The notes: generated by a model from the sequence alone, not told the origin. A DNA stretch of 55,053 nt from Candidatus Brocadiia bacterium (GCA_030605345.1 JAUWIN010000003.1:1-55053); one strand, 5' to 3'. Positions 18,196 to 28,656 are shown, numbered from the stretch's first letter. Numbers and translations are program-made.

Positions 18196-21100
18196 TTGAT
18201 TTCCGCCAATTTGAGCAGGTCGGCGATGGCCGGGTCATCCTTCTTGCGCTCGAATATAACCTCGCGGTTGACGCCGCAGATGTCCTTGAACTCGCAGTTC
18301 CGGCAAACTTTTTCCTCAGGTTTAGCGATAAAGAGGCCCCCTCCGATGCCGCTTTCCACGGTCGCTATAACCTGCTCCAAGTCCTCCATTCGCTTGTCAA
18401 GCGCCGCACAGCCGAACGAAACCGGGGCGTCGTCGTGGCGGGTAACAAACCAATATGCCGCGCTGACGACCTGCCGCTCGGGTCGCAACATCCGGGCGGC
18501 AAGGAGATAAATGGGGAGCTGAAGCGCCCGGCCCTGTTGAAAGGAGTCCTTCCTCCCGACCTTTTTGCCGGTTTTGTAGTCGATAACGCGAGCCCGGTCA
18601 GTGCCGAGGTCATCAATCCGGTCGATTTTGCCTTTGAACCTGTAGGTTTTGCCCCGTATGGACAGTTCCAGCGGTTCCTCTGCCGATGCTTCGCCTTCAT
18701 CGCTGCCGGGTGTCGGCATTCCGAACCGGGTTTCGAACAGCGCCGGCCTTGCGCCTGCGGCCTCGCATTCGGCCATGTCGAACCGAGCGAAGCGGATGAG
18801 GTCCGCGACAATTTTCTCCCGTTCAATCTTCTTGACTAACAGCGGCACCGCGATGGCAAGTTTCTTGAACTCGGCCTGGGCCGCGCGCCGAAGCTCGGCG
18901 AAAAGCCGCTCGGCGGAGACCGGCTCGTTCTGGAAGAAGCACCTGTGGTAAGCAGTACGGAGTATTCGGTGGATGAGCGCCCCGCGGTCGCGCGGGGGAA
19001 GCCCGTGGATGTTCTCTGGCTCGTCCAGCACCTCGATGCCGAGAACATACTTCACGAAATAAGTAAAGGGACAGGTAGCGTAAGTTTCAATCCGGGTCGG
19101 TGACATTACCTCGCCGGCAATGTTCGTGTGCGGCGAGTCAACGACGATGCCGTCGAATTTTGTGAATCGCTTCTCCTGCCAACGCGCTGTCTCCGCCTCG
19201 ATGCCCCGCCTGAACTGCTCCGACAGGTCGCCGAGATAAAGCACTTCCCTGGGCTTGCCGGTGTCGAACAGCCGGGCAATAGTACTGAGCTCATATTCGT
19301 CGAGGTCCAACTCTTGTCCTGCGCCTGCGGCGCTCGGGAACATTGCAGTCCGCACAAAGCACTCGGCGGATTCGAGACTGGAGTAGTCGCAGCGATTGCC
19401 CGTCAGTGCTTCGACCAGCCGCGTCAGGAAATGCGAAGTGATGCGCTCGCGGGCGGTGATAACATCCAGCCGCGAGAACGTCAGGGTGACATGCTTGGCC
19501 GCAGATGCTGCGGCGAGCGCGAAAAGCATGCGTTCTTCATCCGTCCGGGCTGATTTTTGCGGCAGATGTGCGTCTGCTCCGGCATGTTCTGATATCGCCG
19601 CCCGCTCCGGGTCGAGCAGTATTGGGTCCTGCCGCCCGACAGCCGGAAACCCCTTCTCGACAACCCGGGGGATTACGACGGCTTCGAAGCGGAGCCCGCG
19701 CAACTCGAACAGGCTCCCGATGCAGACCTTGCCGCGCTGAAATCCTTCCGGCTGGATCCGCTGGCGCTCCAACAGCTCGGCGATGCTCCTTCGGACCTCG
19801 TCGAACGTAGCGCCGATGCCAAACTTGTCGAGGTCAGATAACTTCCGCAACTCGGCACAAACCCGGTCGCGACCAGCTGACGGCTTGATGAACTGCTCAC
19901 AGACTCGGACAAACGCTCCAATTATCTCGGCCCAGGAGCCTGAGGACGGGACAGATTCCTTGGCCTCAATCAGTTTTTTAATAAAGGCGGCCAGGTGCGG
20001 CAGCTCCCGCCGGGGCGAGTCGGTTCGCTCTTCTCCCCGCCGCGTTTCGAGCCGTGCGAGCCGCCGGACCCACTCGGCGGCGCCGGAGACCACCCCCGCC
20101 TTGATGCTCAGAAAGGCCCAGTCCGAGGTGCTCGGTGTGTGCCCGAGCAGCTCTTCAAACCGGATTGGCGCGAAATGCACGAATTGCACAACGTCCACTC
20201 GCGGCAGGTCACTTGCGAGCAGGGCGGCGAGCATTTCGATGCTCCGCGCCTCTCGTGTTTCGCCGAGCGGCATGCCACCGCAGACGAAGCAGGGGATTCC
20301 GCGGCGGTCGAAGGCGTCGCGCAGCAGGCGTGAGTATGTGTCGGGGTTTCGAAGCAGTACGCCAATCTGATGAAATGCGATGCCCCCCGCGGCGAACTCC
20401 AGCACTTGGCGGAGAACCTCACGTACTTCCCGGGTTTCACCTGGCGCCGACACGATTCTGAACCGGCCATCATCTATGGACTTGCCCTGGGGCGGAGCGA
20501 ACAGCCGAGCCGTCAGCGCGTCATTATCGGACGGCGCAGCGTCCGGAGTGAAATCGTTGTCCTTGAACCAGTTGACGAGCGGTCTTGCGTATTCGTGTGC
20601 GGGAACCTCGAGGGCCGGCACCATAGCAGCGGCAGATTTGGCCCCGGCCGCGAGAGCGAGCACCAGCCTGCGCTGGAGTCCGTTCAGGTCGTAGAAGCCA
20701 TAAACGACCAAGTCGGCGGAAGTAACGAACGGCGAGGTCGGCGCCGTCTCGGCGGCAGCGGCCATCAGGTCCGCCTCGTCGTAGCGCGCCAGCCTCTCGA
20801 GCGTCGCCTCGTAGCCCTGGAAGATTTTTTTGAACGAGGCAATCTTTCTGCCCTTCTCCCGGCCCAGGGCGTCGGGGCCGAGCCCGGCTTCCTTCATGTC
20901 CTTTACGGATGCGGCTGCTGTTCGGACGAAGCCGGGCAGGTCCGTAACTGGCTCGAAGTAGCCTGCTCCGTGGTCCTCGATGGTCTCGCGGATGATAAAT
21001 CTTTCGGCGGGCTGCGGCAGGAGCGCCCGGCCGAGTGAGCGGAGCTTTTCCGTGCCCAGTTTCCGGGCGATTTTGGCGAACGTGAGGAACCGCACATTCC

Positions 21101-21284
21101 ACAGCGGCATCTGTTCGGCGAGGAGCCGGCAGAGATAAAGCCCGAGCATGTTCGAGCCGACCAGCACGACCACCGGCGCACCGCCATCCTCCGCCTTGGC
21201 GGCCCGGACCTTCTCCGCCAGCGCCGTTTCCAGGTCCGGTTGAAACGGCCCAAGCATCAACTCTCGATGGTCGCGGGCATTCAT
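18192..21284 (-). CDS. addB: AddB-like nuclease subunit with C-terminal PD-(D/E)XK domain and Fe-S cysteine cluster
   Basis: It has GKIDRIDDLGTDRARVIDYKTGK, followed by LQLPIYLLAA and a terminal CRNCEFKDIC (C-x2-C-x5-C). ATGA overlap with addA. Confidence 0.7.
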   Translation of the reverse strand: MNARDHRELMLGPFQPDLETALAEKVRAAKAEDGGAPVVVLVGSNMLGLYLCRLLAEQMPLWNVRFLTFAKIARKLGTEKLRSLGRALLPQPAERFIIRETIEDHGAGYFEPVTDLPGFVRTAAASVKDMKEAGLGPDALGREKGRKIASFKKIFQGYEATLERLARYDEADLMAAAAETAPTSPFVTSADLVVYGFYDLNGLQRRLVLALAAGAKSAAAMVPALEVPAHEYARPLVNWFKDNDFTPDAAPSDNDALTARLFAPPQGKSIDDGRFRIVSAPGETREVREVLRQVLEFAAGGIAFHQIGVLLRNPDTYSRLLRDAFDRRGIPCFVCGGMPLGETREARSIEMLAALLASDLPRVDVVQFVHFAPIRFEELLGHTPSTSDWAFLSIKAGVVSGAAEWVRRLARLETRRGEERTDSPRRELPHLAAFIKKLIEAKESVPSSGSWAEIIGAFVRVCEQFIKPSAGRDRVCAELRKLSDLDKFGIGATFDEVRRSIAELLERQRIQPEGFQRGKVCIGSLFELRGLRFEAVVIPRVVEKGFPAVGRQDPILLDPERAAISEHAGADAHLPQKSARTDEERMLFALAAASAAKHVTLTFSRLDVITARERITSHFLTRLVEALTGNRCDYSSLESAECFVRTAMFPSAAGAGQELDLDEYELSTIARLFDTGKPREVLYLGDLSEQFRRGIEAETARWQEKRFTKFDGIVVDSPHTNIAGEVMSPTRIETYATCPFTYFVKYVLGIEVLDEPENIHGLPPRDRGALIHRILRTAYHRCFFQNEPVSAERLFAELRRAAQAEFKKLAIAVPLLVKKIEREKIVADLIRFARFDMAECEAAGARPALFETRFGMPTPGSDEGEASAEEPLELSIRGKTYRFKGKIDRIDDLGTDRARVIDYKTGKKVGRKDSFQQGRALQLPIYLLAARMLRPERQVVSAAYWFVTRHDDAPVSFGCAALDKRMEDLEQVIATVESGIGGGLFIAKPEEKVCRNCEFKDICGVNREVIFERKKDDPAIADLLKLAEIK

Positions 21285-21292
21285 ACACGGTG

Positions 21293-21321
21293 AGTTTACT
21301 TTTCAGGTGTAACCGAGTCAA
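21293..21321 (-). promoter_or_regulatory. Sigma70-like promoter for addB-addA-queE (TTGACT-17-TAAACT), implying a near-leaderless mRNA
   Basis: The minus strand reads TTGACTcggttacacctgaaaagTAAACTcaccgtgtATG. Only 8 nt separate the -10 element from the addB ATG (21284), and there is no Shine-Dalgarno sequence. Confidence 0.3.
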
Positions 21322-21387
21322 CGACAGGTGTAGTGTGAATGGTTTTGAGGAAGAAGAACGTCGGAAGTGGTGGTCGAACAGGCGCGT

Positions 21388-22521
21388 TCAGGCGGGTTCG
21401 ATGTCCAGCGCGGCGTCCAGGATATCGAAGGCGGCACGCGGTCGCGCAGCCTCGAGGGCGGCTTCTCTCATCCGCGCGAGGCGTCCAGGTTCGGCGAAGA
21501 GCTCGCCGACGACCCGCCGCAGTTCCGCGGGGCTGGTGGCCGGCAGGGCGGCTCCGCACCCGATGAGAAAGGCGGAGTTTTTCTCCTCCTGTCCCGGTAT
21601 GGGCACGGTAAGCAGCATGGGTAGTCCCACGGCCAGACATTCGGAGCTCGACATCCCGCCGGGTTTTGTGACCACCACATCCGCCGCCGCCATTAGTTTT
21701 TCGATGTTGTTCACGAAGCCATACGTGACCAGTTTTGCTCGGGCCGGAAGGCTGATCCGGTCGAGTTTCCGTTTGAGTTTCTGGTTGCGTCCTGCGACAG
21801 CGAGTATCTGGATTTCGCCGTATTCGGCCACGGCGACGACATTTTTTCTCATTCCGCCCACTCCGCTGCCGCCACCGACGCTGCGCACGGTCGGCATGCG
21901 GGGGTCAAGTCCGAGTTCTGCCCGCGCTTCGGAGGGGTCGATTCGCTCCGAGAAGACAGGAGCGATGGGGATGCCGCAAGTGGTGACCTGCTCGGGGGGG
22001 GCACCCTTGCTGATGAGCAGGCCACGAAGGTAGTCGGACGCTACAAAATAGTGGTCGGTTCCGTTGTTGACCCATATTCTGTGGGCGTCGTAGTCGGTGA
22101 CCACGACGCCGACCCAGGCGTTGAGCCTGTCGGTGCGGCGCATCCAGGCGAGCACCTCCGCAGGGAGGAAGTGGGTACAGATGATGTGGGTGGGCTTTTG
22201 TTCCTGTACCAACCTGATAAACTTCCCCGCGCTGAACCGGTCGAAGGCGCACATCGCCCGCCGTTCCAGCCCTCCTACCGGCTTTTTGTCCCAGCGGTGA
22301 TATAAGAAGCGCCAATACCACGGAAGAGCACTGATGACGGAGAAATAGGAGCGGAGATAAAGGTGGCGGAACAGCGCGCTGGTATACTGGAGAATATCGA
22401 CGGCCTGCGCGGTGCCCTCGTAGGCAGTAAGGTCGAAGGCCTCCTTGAGCGCGGATGCAGCGCGGACGTGTCCGGCTCCGGCGGACGCAGAAGCGATGAG
22501 CAACCTGTATGTCATTTGCAC
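21388..22521 (-). CDS. GT28-type glycosyltransferase (MGDG synthase / UgtP-like diacylglycerol glycosyltransferase)
   Basis: LIASASAGAGHVRAASALKEAF matches the N-terminal MGDG-synthase motif. The C-terminal region has the VVTKPGGMSSSECLAVGLPML nucleotide-sugar binding pattern. Confidence 0.65.
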   Translation of the reverse strand: MQMTYRLLIASASAGAGHVRAASALKEAFDLTAYEGTAQAVDILQYTSALFRHLYLRSYFSVISALPWYWRFLYHRWDKKPVGGLERRAMCAFDRFSAGKFIRLVQEQKPTHIICTHFLPAEVLAWMRRTDRLNAWVGVVVTDYDAHRIWVNNGTDHYFVASDYLRGLLISKGAPPEQVTTCGIPIAPVFSERIDPSEARAELGLDPRMPTVRSVGGGSGVGGMRKNVVAVAEYGEIQILAVAGRNQKLKRKLDRISLPARAKLVTYGFVNNIEKLMAAADVVVTKPGGMSSSECLAVGLPMLLTVPIPGQEEKNSAFLIGCGAALPATSPAELRRVVGELFAEPGRLARMREAALEAARPRAAFDILDAALDIEPA

Positions 22522-22608
22522 TCCGGCCCTGGGGATGGAAGATTATACCCCCGCGGCCCGGGCGCCGCAACTGCTGGGGTTCGGCGCAGCGGGTTCGGCG
22601 GTTTTTGC

Positions 22609-22636
22609 TTGAAATTCGGCCGCCGTAATTTATAAT
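22609..22636 (+). promoter_or_regulatory. Sigma70-like promoter upstream of rpmE (TTGAAA-16-TATAAT)
   Basis: TTGAAA at 22609-22614, a 16-nt spacer, then TATAAT at 22631-22636. It lies in the divergent intergenic region, and a GAGGT RBS precedes ATG 22685. Confidence 0.45.
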
Positions 22637-22684
22637 GATTTATAAGAGGCATCAATCAACCGCGTAAATAGAGGTATAAACTCG

Positions 22685-22993
22685 ATGAAGAAGGGCATCC
22701 ACCCTGACTACAAGCCTGCCAAGATAAGTTGCGCCTGTGGAAACGTTATCCAGACTAGATCGACCAAGGGCGACTACGAGGTGCAGATCTGCTCAAAATG
22801 CCACCCGTTTTTCACTGGCAAGCAGAAATTTGTGGACACCGCTGGCCGAGTGGAGCGGTTCAAGCGGCGCTACGGCGACTTCAGCGCCAAGAGGCAGGCG
22901 AGAGCGGCGGCAAGCAGCGCACAAGAGCCGGAAGCAGACTCCGCCAAACCGCCCACAGGCGCACCCACGACCCCAGACAAACCCGAAACATAG
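22685..22993 (+). CDS. rpmE: 50S ribosomal protein L31 (Zn-ribbon C+ form) with ~35-aa low-complexity C-terminal extension
   Basis: [64 protein letters not shown]. Confidence 0.95.
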   Translation: MKKGIHPDYKPAKISCACGNVIQTRSTKGDYEVQICSKCHPFFTGKQKFVDTAGRVERFKRRYGDFSAKRQARAAASSAQEPEADSAKPPTGAPTTPDKPET

Positions 22994-23008
22994 CCCGCGG
23001 AGGCCGCC

Positions 23009-24112
23009 ATGCTTAACGGCCCCCTTCTTGAGCGGCTCGGCCAACTGGCGGCCCGGGCCGCCGAACTCGAGAAACTACTGGCAGACCCGAAAATCATCGC
23101 CGCCCAGGCCGCCTACCGCAGATGTGCAAAGGAGTACGGCCTCGCGTCCCGCGCCGCCGCCAAACACCGGCACCTGATGTCGCTGGAAAAACAACGCTCC
23201 GAAGCCAACGCCATACTGAGCGAAAAGGCAGATGAAGAACTCGTGGAGCTGGCGCGCCAGCAAGTGAGCCAGGTCGAGGCCGACGAAGCCGAACTGGAAC
23301 GCGAAATCGAAGACTTGCTCATACACGAAGACGAAGATGCCCGGCGTGACGTGATTATCGAAATCCGCGCCGGCACCGGCGGCGACGAAGCCGCACTCTT
23401 CGCCGCCGACCTGTTCCGGATGTATGAGAAATATGCCGAGAACAAGGGCTGGAAGACCGACATCGCCTCCGCCAGCCCCACGGAACTCGGCGGCTTCAAG
23501 GAGGTTATCTTCGAGGTAAAGGGCCAGAACGTTTACAGCGAACTCCGCCACGAGAGCGGCGGACACCGCGTCCAGCGCGTCCCCACCACAGAGGCCAGCG
23601 GCCGAATCCACACCTCGGCAGTCACCCTCGCTGTGCTCCCACAAGCCGAAAAGGTGGACGTTGACATCGACGAAAAAAGCGAACTCCACATCGACACGTT
23701 CCGCTCCTCCGGCCCGGGCGGACAGCACGTCAACAAGACCGCCTCCGCCGTCAGGATAACCCACCTCCCAACCGGCCTGGTGGTGTCCTGCCAGGATGAG
23801 AAGAGCCAGCACAAGAACAAGGCGAAGGGCATGCGGGTACTGCGCAGCCGGCTATACGAACTGGAGCGCTCGGCGAAGAAACAGGCCCGCGACGCAGACA
23901 GGAAATCACAGATAGGGTCCGGAGACCGCAGCAGCCGTGTACGAACCTATAACTTCCCGCAAAACCGCGTCACCGATCACAGGCTGAACAAGAACTACCC
24001 GCTGGAACCGATCGTGGCCGGCGGCCTGCACAAACTTATTGCCGACCTACAGGAGATGTATCGGGAACAACAACTCGCCGAACTGGGCGAAAAGAGCCCG
24101 GACAATGACTGA
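23009..24112 (+). CDS. prfA: Peptide chain release factor 1
   Basis: [26 protein letters not shown] carries the P-x-T tripeptide region, and [26 protein letters not shown] carries the GGQ motif. Confidence 0.95.
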   Translation: MLNGPLLERLGQLAARAAELEKLLADPKIIAAQAAYRRCAKEYGLASRAAAKHRHLMSLEKQRSEANAILSEKADEELVELARQQVSQVEADEAELEREIEDLLIHEDEDARRDVIIEIRAGTGGDEAALFAADLFRMYEKYAENKGWKTDIASASPTELGGFKEVIFEVKGQNVYSELRHESGGHRVQRVPTTEASGRIHTSAVTLAVLPQAEKVDVDIDEKSELHIDTFRSSGPGGQHVNKTASAVRITHLPTGLVVSCQDEKSQHKNKAKGMRVLRSRLYELERSAKKQARDADRKSQIGSGDRSSRVRTYNFPQNRVTDHRLNKNYPLEPIVAGGLHKLIADLQEMYREQQLAELGEKSPDND

Positions 24113-25007
24113 CCAATGGCAGGTCCTGGACCTGATCAACGTTACAAAGTCGTTCTTTGAGAAAAAAGGCATCCGTGACCAGGGCACCCAGAGGCTCGAC
24201 GCCGAGCTTTTGCTCGCCAAGGTGCTGGGCTGCAGACGGATCGACTTGTACCTGCGATTTGAGGAAACTGTGGACGAGCCGGAACTGTCCGAATTCCGCC
24301 ACCTGGTCAGGCAGCGGGGCGAGCGGCGCCCGGTAAAACAAATACTGGGGCGCTGCGAGTTCATGGCACACGAATTCCAGGTCACGCCCGATGTCCTGAT
24401 ACCGCGCCCGGAAACGGAAACGGTGGTCGAATGTGCCCTGGCCGAGATAGACGACTCGACGCGGGTGGTCATCGACGTCGGCACCGGCTGCGGCAACATC
24501 GCCATATCCATAGCCCTGGCGAAGCCGAGGGCGACGGTGTACGCCACGGATATTTCCGGGGCCGCGGTCGAAGTGGCCGGGCAGAACACCGAGAACCTCG
24601 GCGTCTCCGAACGCGTCACCATCCGCGCCGGTGACTTGTTCGAGCCACTGGCCGGCGATGGCCTCGTAGGGGCGGCTGATTGCGTGGTCTCGAACCCGCC
24701 ATACGTGGCGGAGTCCGAGTTCGCCAGCCTCATGCCGGAGGTCGCTCAGCACGAGCCCACGGTCGCCTTGGTTTCCGGGCAAGATGGAATGAGCCACACC
24801 CTCCGTCTGCTCGCGGAAGCACCTGACTATCTCCGCCCCGCCGGAGTGCTGGTGATCGAGACAAGCCCCAACACCGCCGGACGGGACGTCGCCGCGGCGC
24901 ATGCAAATGACGCCTATGAAGACATACGCATCCGGCGCGACCTGGGCAGGGCCGAGCGGGTGCTGATGGCAAGGAAGAAAAAACAAGGTTCGGGAAGAAA
25001 CCTCTAA
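24105..25007 (+). CDS. prmC: Release-factor glutamine N5-methyltransferase
   Basis: ATG 24105 overlaps the prfA stop (ATGA). It has the SAM motif [16 protein letters not shown] and the catalytic VVSNPPYV. Confidence 0.9.
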   Translation: MTDQWQVLDLINVTKSFFEKKGIRDQGTQRLDAELLLAKVLGCRRIDLYLRFEETVDEPELSEFRHLVRQRGERRPVKQILGRCEFMAHEFQVTPDVLIPRPETETVVECALAEIDDSTRVVIDVGTGCGNIAISIALAKPRATVYATDISGAAVEVAGQNTENLGVSERVTIRAGDLFEPLAGDGLVGAADCVVSNPPYVAESEFASLMPEVAQHEPTVALVSGQDGMSHTLRLLAEAPDYLRPAGVLVIETSPNTAGRDVAAAHANDAYEDIRIRRDLGRAERVLMARKKKQGSGRNL

Positions 25008-26276
25008 ATGGACCGATTCCAGGTACAGGGCGGTACGAGGCTCGAAGGCGAGATCACGGTGAACGGTGCCAAGAACGCCGCCCTGCCCATTATGGCCGCA
25101 GCGCTGATGGGCACGAGTACCTCCCGGATCAAGGGCGTGCCGGAGTTGCGCGACATCAGGACGATGTCCGCAATCCTCGAGGAACTCGGCGTCCGGGTGG
25201 AGCGCACCGCCGACCGGGCGCTGGAGATAACACCGGAGGACGAGTCGCGGTGCGAGGCGCCTTACAAGCTGGTCAGCCAGATGCGCGGCAGCATCTGCGT
25301 GCTTGGCCCTCTGGTGGCGAGGCGTCGGCGGGCGCGGGTGTCGCTGCCCGGCGGCTGCGTCATAGGCGTCCGCCCCATCGACCTGCACCTGAAGGGCGTC
25401 CGAGCACTGGGCGCGGCGCTGGCGCTCAACGATGGTTATGTCGAGGCGAAGGCTAAGAGGCTGGCCGGGGCCGAGGTGTATCTGGGCGGTCCGTTCGGCT
25501 CCACGGCGCTGGGGACGTGCAACCTGATGATGGCCGCGTGCCTGGCCGAGGGGCAGACCGTAATCGAATGCGCCGCGTGCGAGCCGGAAATCGTCGATCT
25601 CGCTACGTTCCTCAACAAGATGGGCGCCAACATCAAAGGCGCCGGCAGCCACAGAATCGTCATCCACGGGGTGGACGAACTTCGCGGAGCCGAACACCAG
25701 GTCATCCCCGACCGCATCGAGGCAGGCACGTTCATGGCCGCCGCCGCCATAACCCGCGGCCGGATGACCCTCCGCGGCCTGCGGACGGAACACCTTTCTG
25801 CGGTGGCCGACACCCTTCGCAACATCGGCGTCTCGGTTGAACCCGAAGGCCGCGCCTGCCGTGTGAGCGCGGAGGACGATTTGCGTGCGACCGACGTGGT
25901 TGCTCTACCATACCCCGGCGTGCCCACAGACCTCCAAGCGCAACTTTCGGCGCTTCTCGCCACTGTGGACGGCATAAGTGTGGTGACCGACAAGGTGTTT
26001 CCCGACCGCTTCATGCACGTGGCGGAACTCAACAGGATGGGGGCGCAAATCCGCAAAGAAGGCCCCAGCGTCATCATCGCCGGCAGGAGCAATCTGCTGG
26101 GGGCCGAGGTGATGGCGTCGGACCTCCGCGCCAGCGCCGCACTGCTCCTCGCCGCAATCGCAGCTCAGGGAACCACGACAATCCACCGGGTCTATCACAT
26201 CGACCGGGGCTACGAGCGCATCGAAGGGCGGCTCAACCAACTTGGAGCGAAAATCGAGCGAACCGAAGAGGATTGA
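25008..26276 (+). CDS. murA: UDP-N-acetylglucosamine 1-carboxyvinyltransferase
   Basis: MDRFQVQGGTRLEGEITVNGAKNAALPIMAAAL, with later matches LPGGCVIGVRPIDLHL and HIDRGYERIEGRL. Confidence 0.95.
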   Translation: MDRFQVQGGTRLEGEITVNGAKNAALPIMAAALMGTSTSRIKGVPELRDIRTMSAILEELGVRVERTADRALEITPEDESRCEAPYKLVSQMRGSICVLGPLVARRRRARVSLPGGCVIGVRPIDLHLKGVRALGAALALNDGYVEAKAKRLAGAEVYLGGPFGSTALGTCNLMMAACLAEGQTVIECAACEPEIVDLATFLNKMGANIKGAGSHRIVIHGVDELRGAEHQVIPDRIEAGTFMAAAAITRGRMTLRGLRTEHLSAVADTLRNIGVSVEPEGRACRVSAEDDLRATDVVALPYPGVPTDLQAQLSALLATVDGISVVTDKVFPDRFMHVAELNRMGAQIRKEGPSVIIAGRSNLLGAEVMASDLRASAALLLAAIAAQGTTTIHRVYHIDRGYERIEGRLNQLGAKIERTEED

Positions 26277-26322
26277 GCAGTGCCCGACCGTTACACTATG
26301 GTGCCGCCACAGTCTGACGGAA

Positions 26323-27666
26323 ATGAGCCAACAGGCAGGAATCTCTGTGTTTGAATCAATAACCAGTGCTCTCGACGGCGTTTTCAAGAGCTTTCGTAAA
26401 AAAGGGAAGCTGACGGAGGCAAACATCAAGCAGGGCATGCACCAGATACGCATGGCCCTGCTGGAGGCCGACGTCAGTTACAAAGTCGCCAAGGACTTCG
26501 TCGCCGCATGCAGCGAACAGGCCGTCGGCCAAGAGGTCATCAAGAGCGTCAAGCCGGCGCAGCAGATCGTCAAGATTGTGCACGATGAACTGGTCAGGCT
26601 AATGGGCGAGGCCGACACGTCGCTCCCCCCTGCGGACGACGGCCCGGGGGTGGTGATGATGCTCGGGCTGCAGGGGAGCGGGAAGACGACCACGTGCGCC
26701 AAACTGGCGCGGTTCGCCGCCAAGAAAGGCCGGTCACCGCTGCTTGTCGGCGCAGACGTCCAGCGCCCGGCGGGGGTAAAACAGCTGCAGTTACTGGGCG
26801 AACAACTCGACATCCCGGTCTTCACCGAAGAGTTCAGCCCGCAGCGGATCTGCGTGATGGCGCTCAAATATGCCCTCGCCAACAACCACGACCTGGTAAT
26901 ACTGGACACGGCAGGACGGCTCCATATTGATGAAGCGTTGATGAAGGAACTGAAAAAGATCGATGCAAAGGTGAAGCCCGGCCAAAAACTGCTCGTCGCC
27001 AACGCTATGACCGGCCAGGACGCCGTCAACAGCGCCGACCAATTCAACAAGCAGATCGGAATCGAGGGCGTCATCCTGACCATGCTCGACGGGGACGAGC
27101 GCGGCGGCGCGGCACTGTCCATTCGCGCCGTGACCGGTCGTCCTATCAAGTTCGCCGGCGTGGGCGAAAAACTCGACGGCCTGGAAGAATTTCACCCCGA
27201 CAGGATGGCCGGCCGCATCCTCGGGATGGGTGACGTGGTCTCGCTTGTGGAAAAAGCAGAAGAGACCATGGACCGGGAGAGGGCCGCCAAGCTGCAAAAG
27301 AAACTCCAAAAGGCGACGTTCACCCTCGACGACATGCTATACCAGTTCCAGCAACTCAAACGGATGGGGCCAATCAGCGACCTTCTGGGCAAAATCCCCG
27401 GACTGGGCGCCATGATGGGCGACCAGGAACTGGACGAATCGGAGTTCACACGCGTCGAAGCAATCATACAGTCCATGACCCCCGGAGAGCGCGCCCACCC
27501 TGAAATCATTGACGGGAGGCGGCGCCTTCGTATATCATCTGGGAGCGGGACAAGGGTGCAGGAGGTAAATTCGCTGCTAAAGGAATTCAGGCAGATGAAA
27601 AAAATGATGAAGAAGGGAATGCAGGGACGAGGAGCCGGCTTCCCCGACTTCAACTTCCCACGCTGA
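26323..27666 (+). CDS. ffh: Signal recognition particle protein Ffh
   Basis: It has VFESITSALDGVFKSFRKKGKLTE, the GTPase motifs MMLGLQGSGKTTTCAKLA, DTAGRL and LTMLDGDERGG, and a Met-rich M domain. The start is ATG 26323 or GTG 26347. Confidence 0.95.
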   Translation: MSQQAGISVFESITSALDGVFKSFRKKGKLTEANIKQGMHQIRMALLEADVSYKVAKDFVAACSEQAVGQEVIKSVKPAQQIVKIVHDELVRLMGEADTSLPPADDGPGVVMMLGLQGSGKTTTCAKLARFAAKKGRSPLLVGADVQRPAGVKQLQLLGEQLDIPVFTEEFSPQRICVMALKYALANNHDLVILDTAGRLHIDEALMKELKKIDAKVKPGQKLLVANAMTGQDAVNSADQFNKQIGIEGVILTMLDGDERGGAALSIRAVTGRPIKFAGVGEKLDGLEEFHPDRMAGRILGMGDVVSLVEKAEETMDRERAAKLQKKLQKATFTLDDMLYQFQQLKRMGPISDLLGKIPGLGAMMGDQELDESEFTRVEAIIQSMTPGERAHPEIIDGRRRLRISSGSGTRVQEVNSLLKEFRQMKKMMKKGMQGRGAGFPDFNFPR

Positions 27667-27681
27667 CAAGGAGAACTTAAC

Positions 27682-27933
27682 TTGGCTACGCGTATCAGAC
27701 TCAAAAGAATGGGCTCGAAGAAAAAACCATCTTACCGGATCGATGTCTTCGACAGTCACTCCGCACGTGACGGCAAGAGCCTCGAAACCATCGGCACCTA
27801 TAACCCCCTGCGTGAAAAAAAAGAAGACCAGGCCACCGTCAAGCGCGACAGGGTCATCTTCTGGCTGGACAGGGGCGCTAAGCCGACGGAAACGGTCAGG
27901 AATATCCTGAAAGCCAACGGTATTCACACCTGA
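27682..27933 (+). CDS. rpsP: 30S ribosomal protein S16
   Basis: TTG start after AAGGAG. It begins [42 protein letters not shown]. Confidence 0.95.
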   Translation: MATRIRLKRMGSKKKPSYRIDVFDSHSARDGKSLETIGTYNPLREKKEDQATVKRDRVIFWLDRGAKPTETVRNILKANGIHT

Positions 27934-27966
27934 ACCGCGTCAGCCGGATTAGGAAGGGAACGCACG

Positions 27967-28656
27967 GTGCTTCGCTTCGACGTCATTACCATATTCCCCG
28001 ATTTACTCGGGCCATACCTGGCCGAAAGCATCCTGGCCAGGGCGCAGGAGAAGGGGCTGCTCGAGGTCCACGTCCACGACCTCCGGGATTACACCACCGA
28101 CCGCCACAAGAGCGTGGACGACAGGCCCTACGGCGGCGGACCGGGAATGGTGATGATGCCCGGGCCCATCTTCACCGCGGTGGAGGACATCGAGGCAAAA
28201 GCCGACGTAAAGCCGCGGATCGTCCTGCTGACGCCACAGGGCCGCACCTTCACCCAGAGCCTGGCCGCGGAGTTCTCGAACCAGCCCCGGCTGATGCTCG
28301 TCTGCGGCCGCTACGAAGGTTTCGACGAACGCGTCCGAACAGGCTTGGCCGCGGACGAAATATCTATCGGCGACTACGTGCTCACCGGCGGAGAACTGCC
28401 GGCGGCTGTCATCATCGCCGCTACCGCGCGGCTGCTGCCCGGAGTGCTGGGCCACGAGGACTCCGCCAGGGACGACTCCTTCTCCCTTGACGGCCGCCTG
28501 GACCACCCCCAGTACACCCGTCCGGCCGACTTCCGGGGGATGAAAGTCCCACAGGTGCTCCTGAGCGGCCACCACCAGGCCATAGAAGACTGGCGCCGCC
28601 AGCACAGGCTTGCCAGGACAAGAGAGCGCAGGCCCGACATACTGTGTCGTGATTGA
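27967..28656 (+). CDS. trmD: tRNA (guanine37-N1)-methyltransferase
   Basis: It begins [14 protein letters not shown] and contains [45 protein letters not shown] and [13 protein letters not shown]. Confidence 0.95.
   Translation: MLRFDVITIFPDLLGPYLAESILARAQEKGLLEVHVHDLRDYTTDRHKSVDDRPYGGGPGMVMMPGPIFTAVEDIEAKADVKPRIVLLTPQGRTFTQSLAAEFSNQPRLMLVCGRYEGFDERVRTGLAADEISIGDYVLTGGELPAAVIIAATARLLPGVLGHEDSARDDSFSLDGRLDHPQYTRPADFRGMKVPQVLLSGHHQAIEDWRRQHRLARTRERRPDILCRD

Noticed and set aside
23582-23590. The RF1 tripeptide reads P-T-T instead of the P-A-T/P-V-T I remember, which could be linked to the TAG in atpE
   Set aside because: The middle residue of the P-x-T motif is variable in RF1 proteins. The flanking recognition region and the GGQ motif are canonical. 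There is no basis to infer altered stop recognition.
24036-25793. A 585-aa uninterrupted minus-strand ORF spanning prmC and murA
   Set aside because: It lies antisense to two genes with unmistakable conserved motifs (NPPY and the MurA signatures). Its translation is Arg/Ala/Gly/Pro/His-rich low-complexity sequence with no motif. Long stop-free antisense frames are expected in GC-rich DNA with high GC3.
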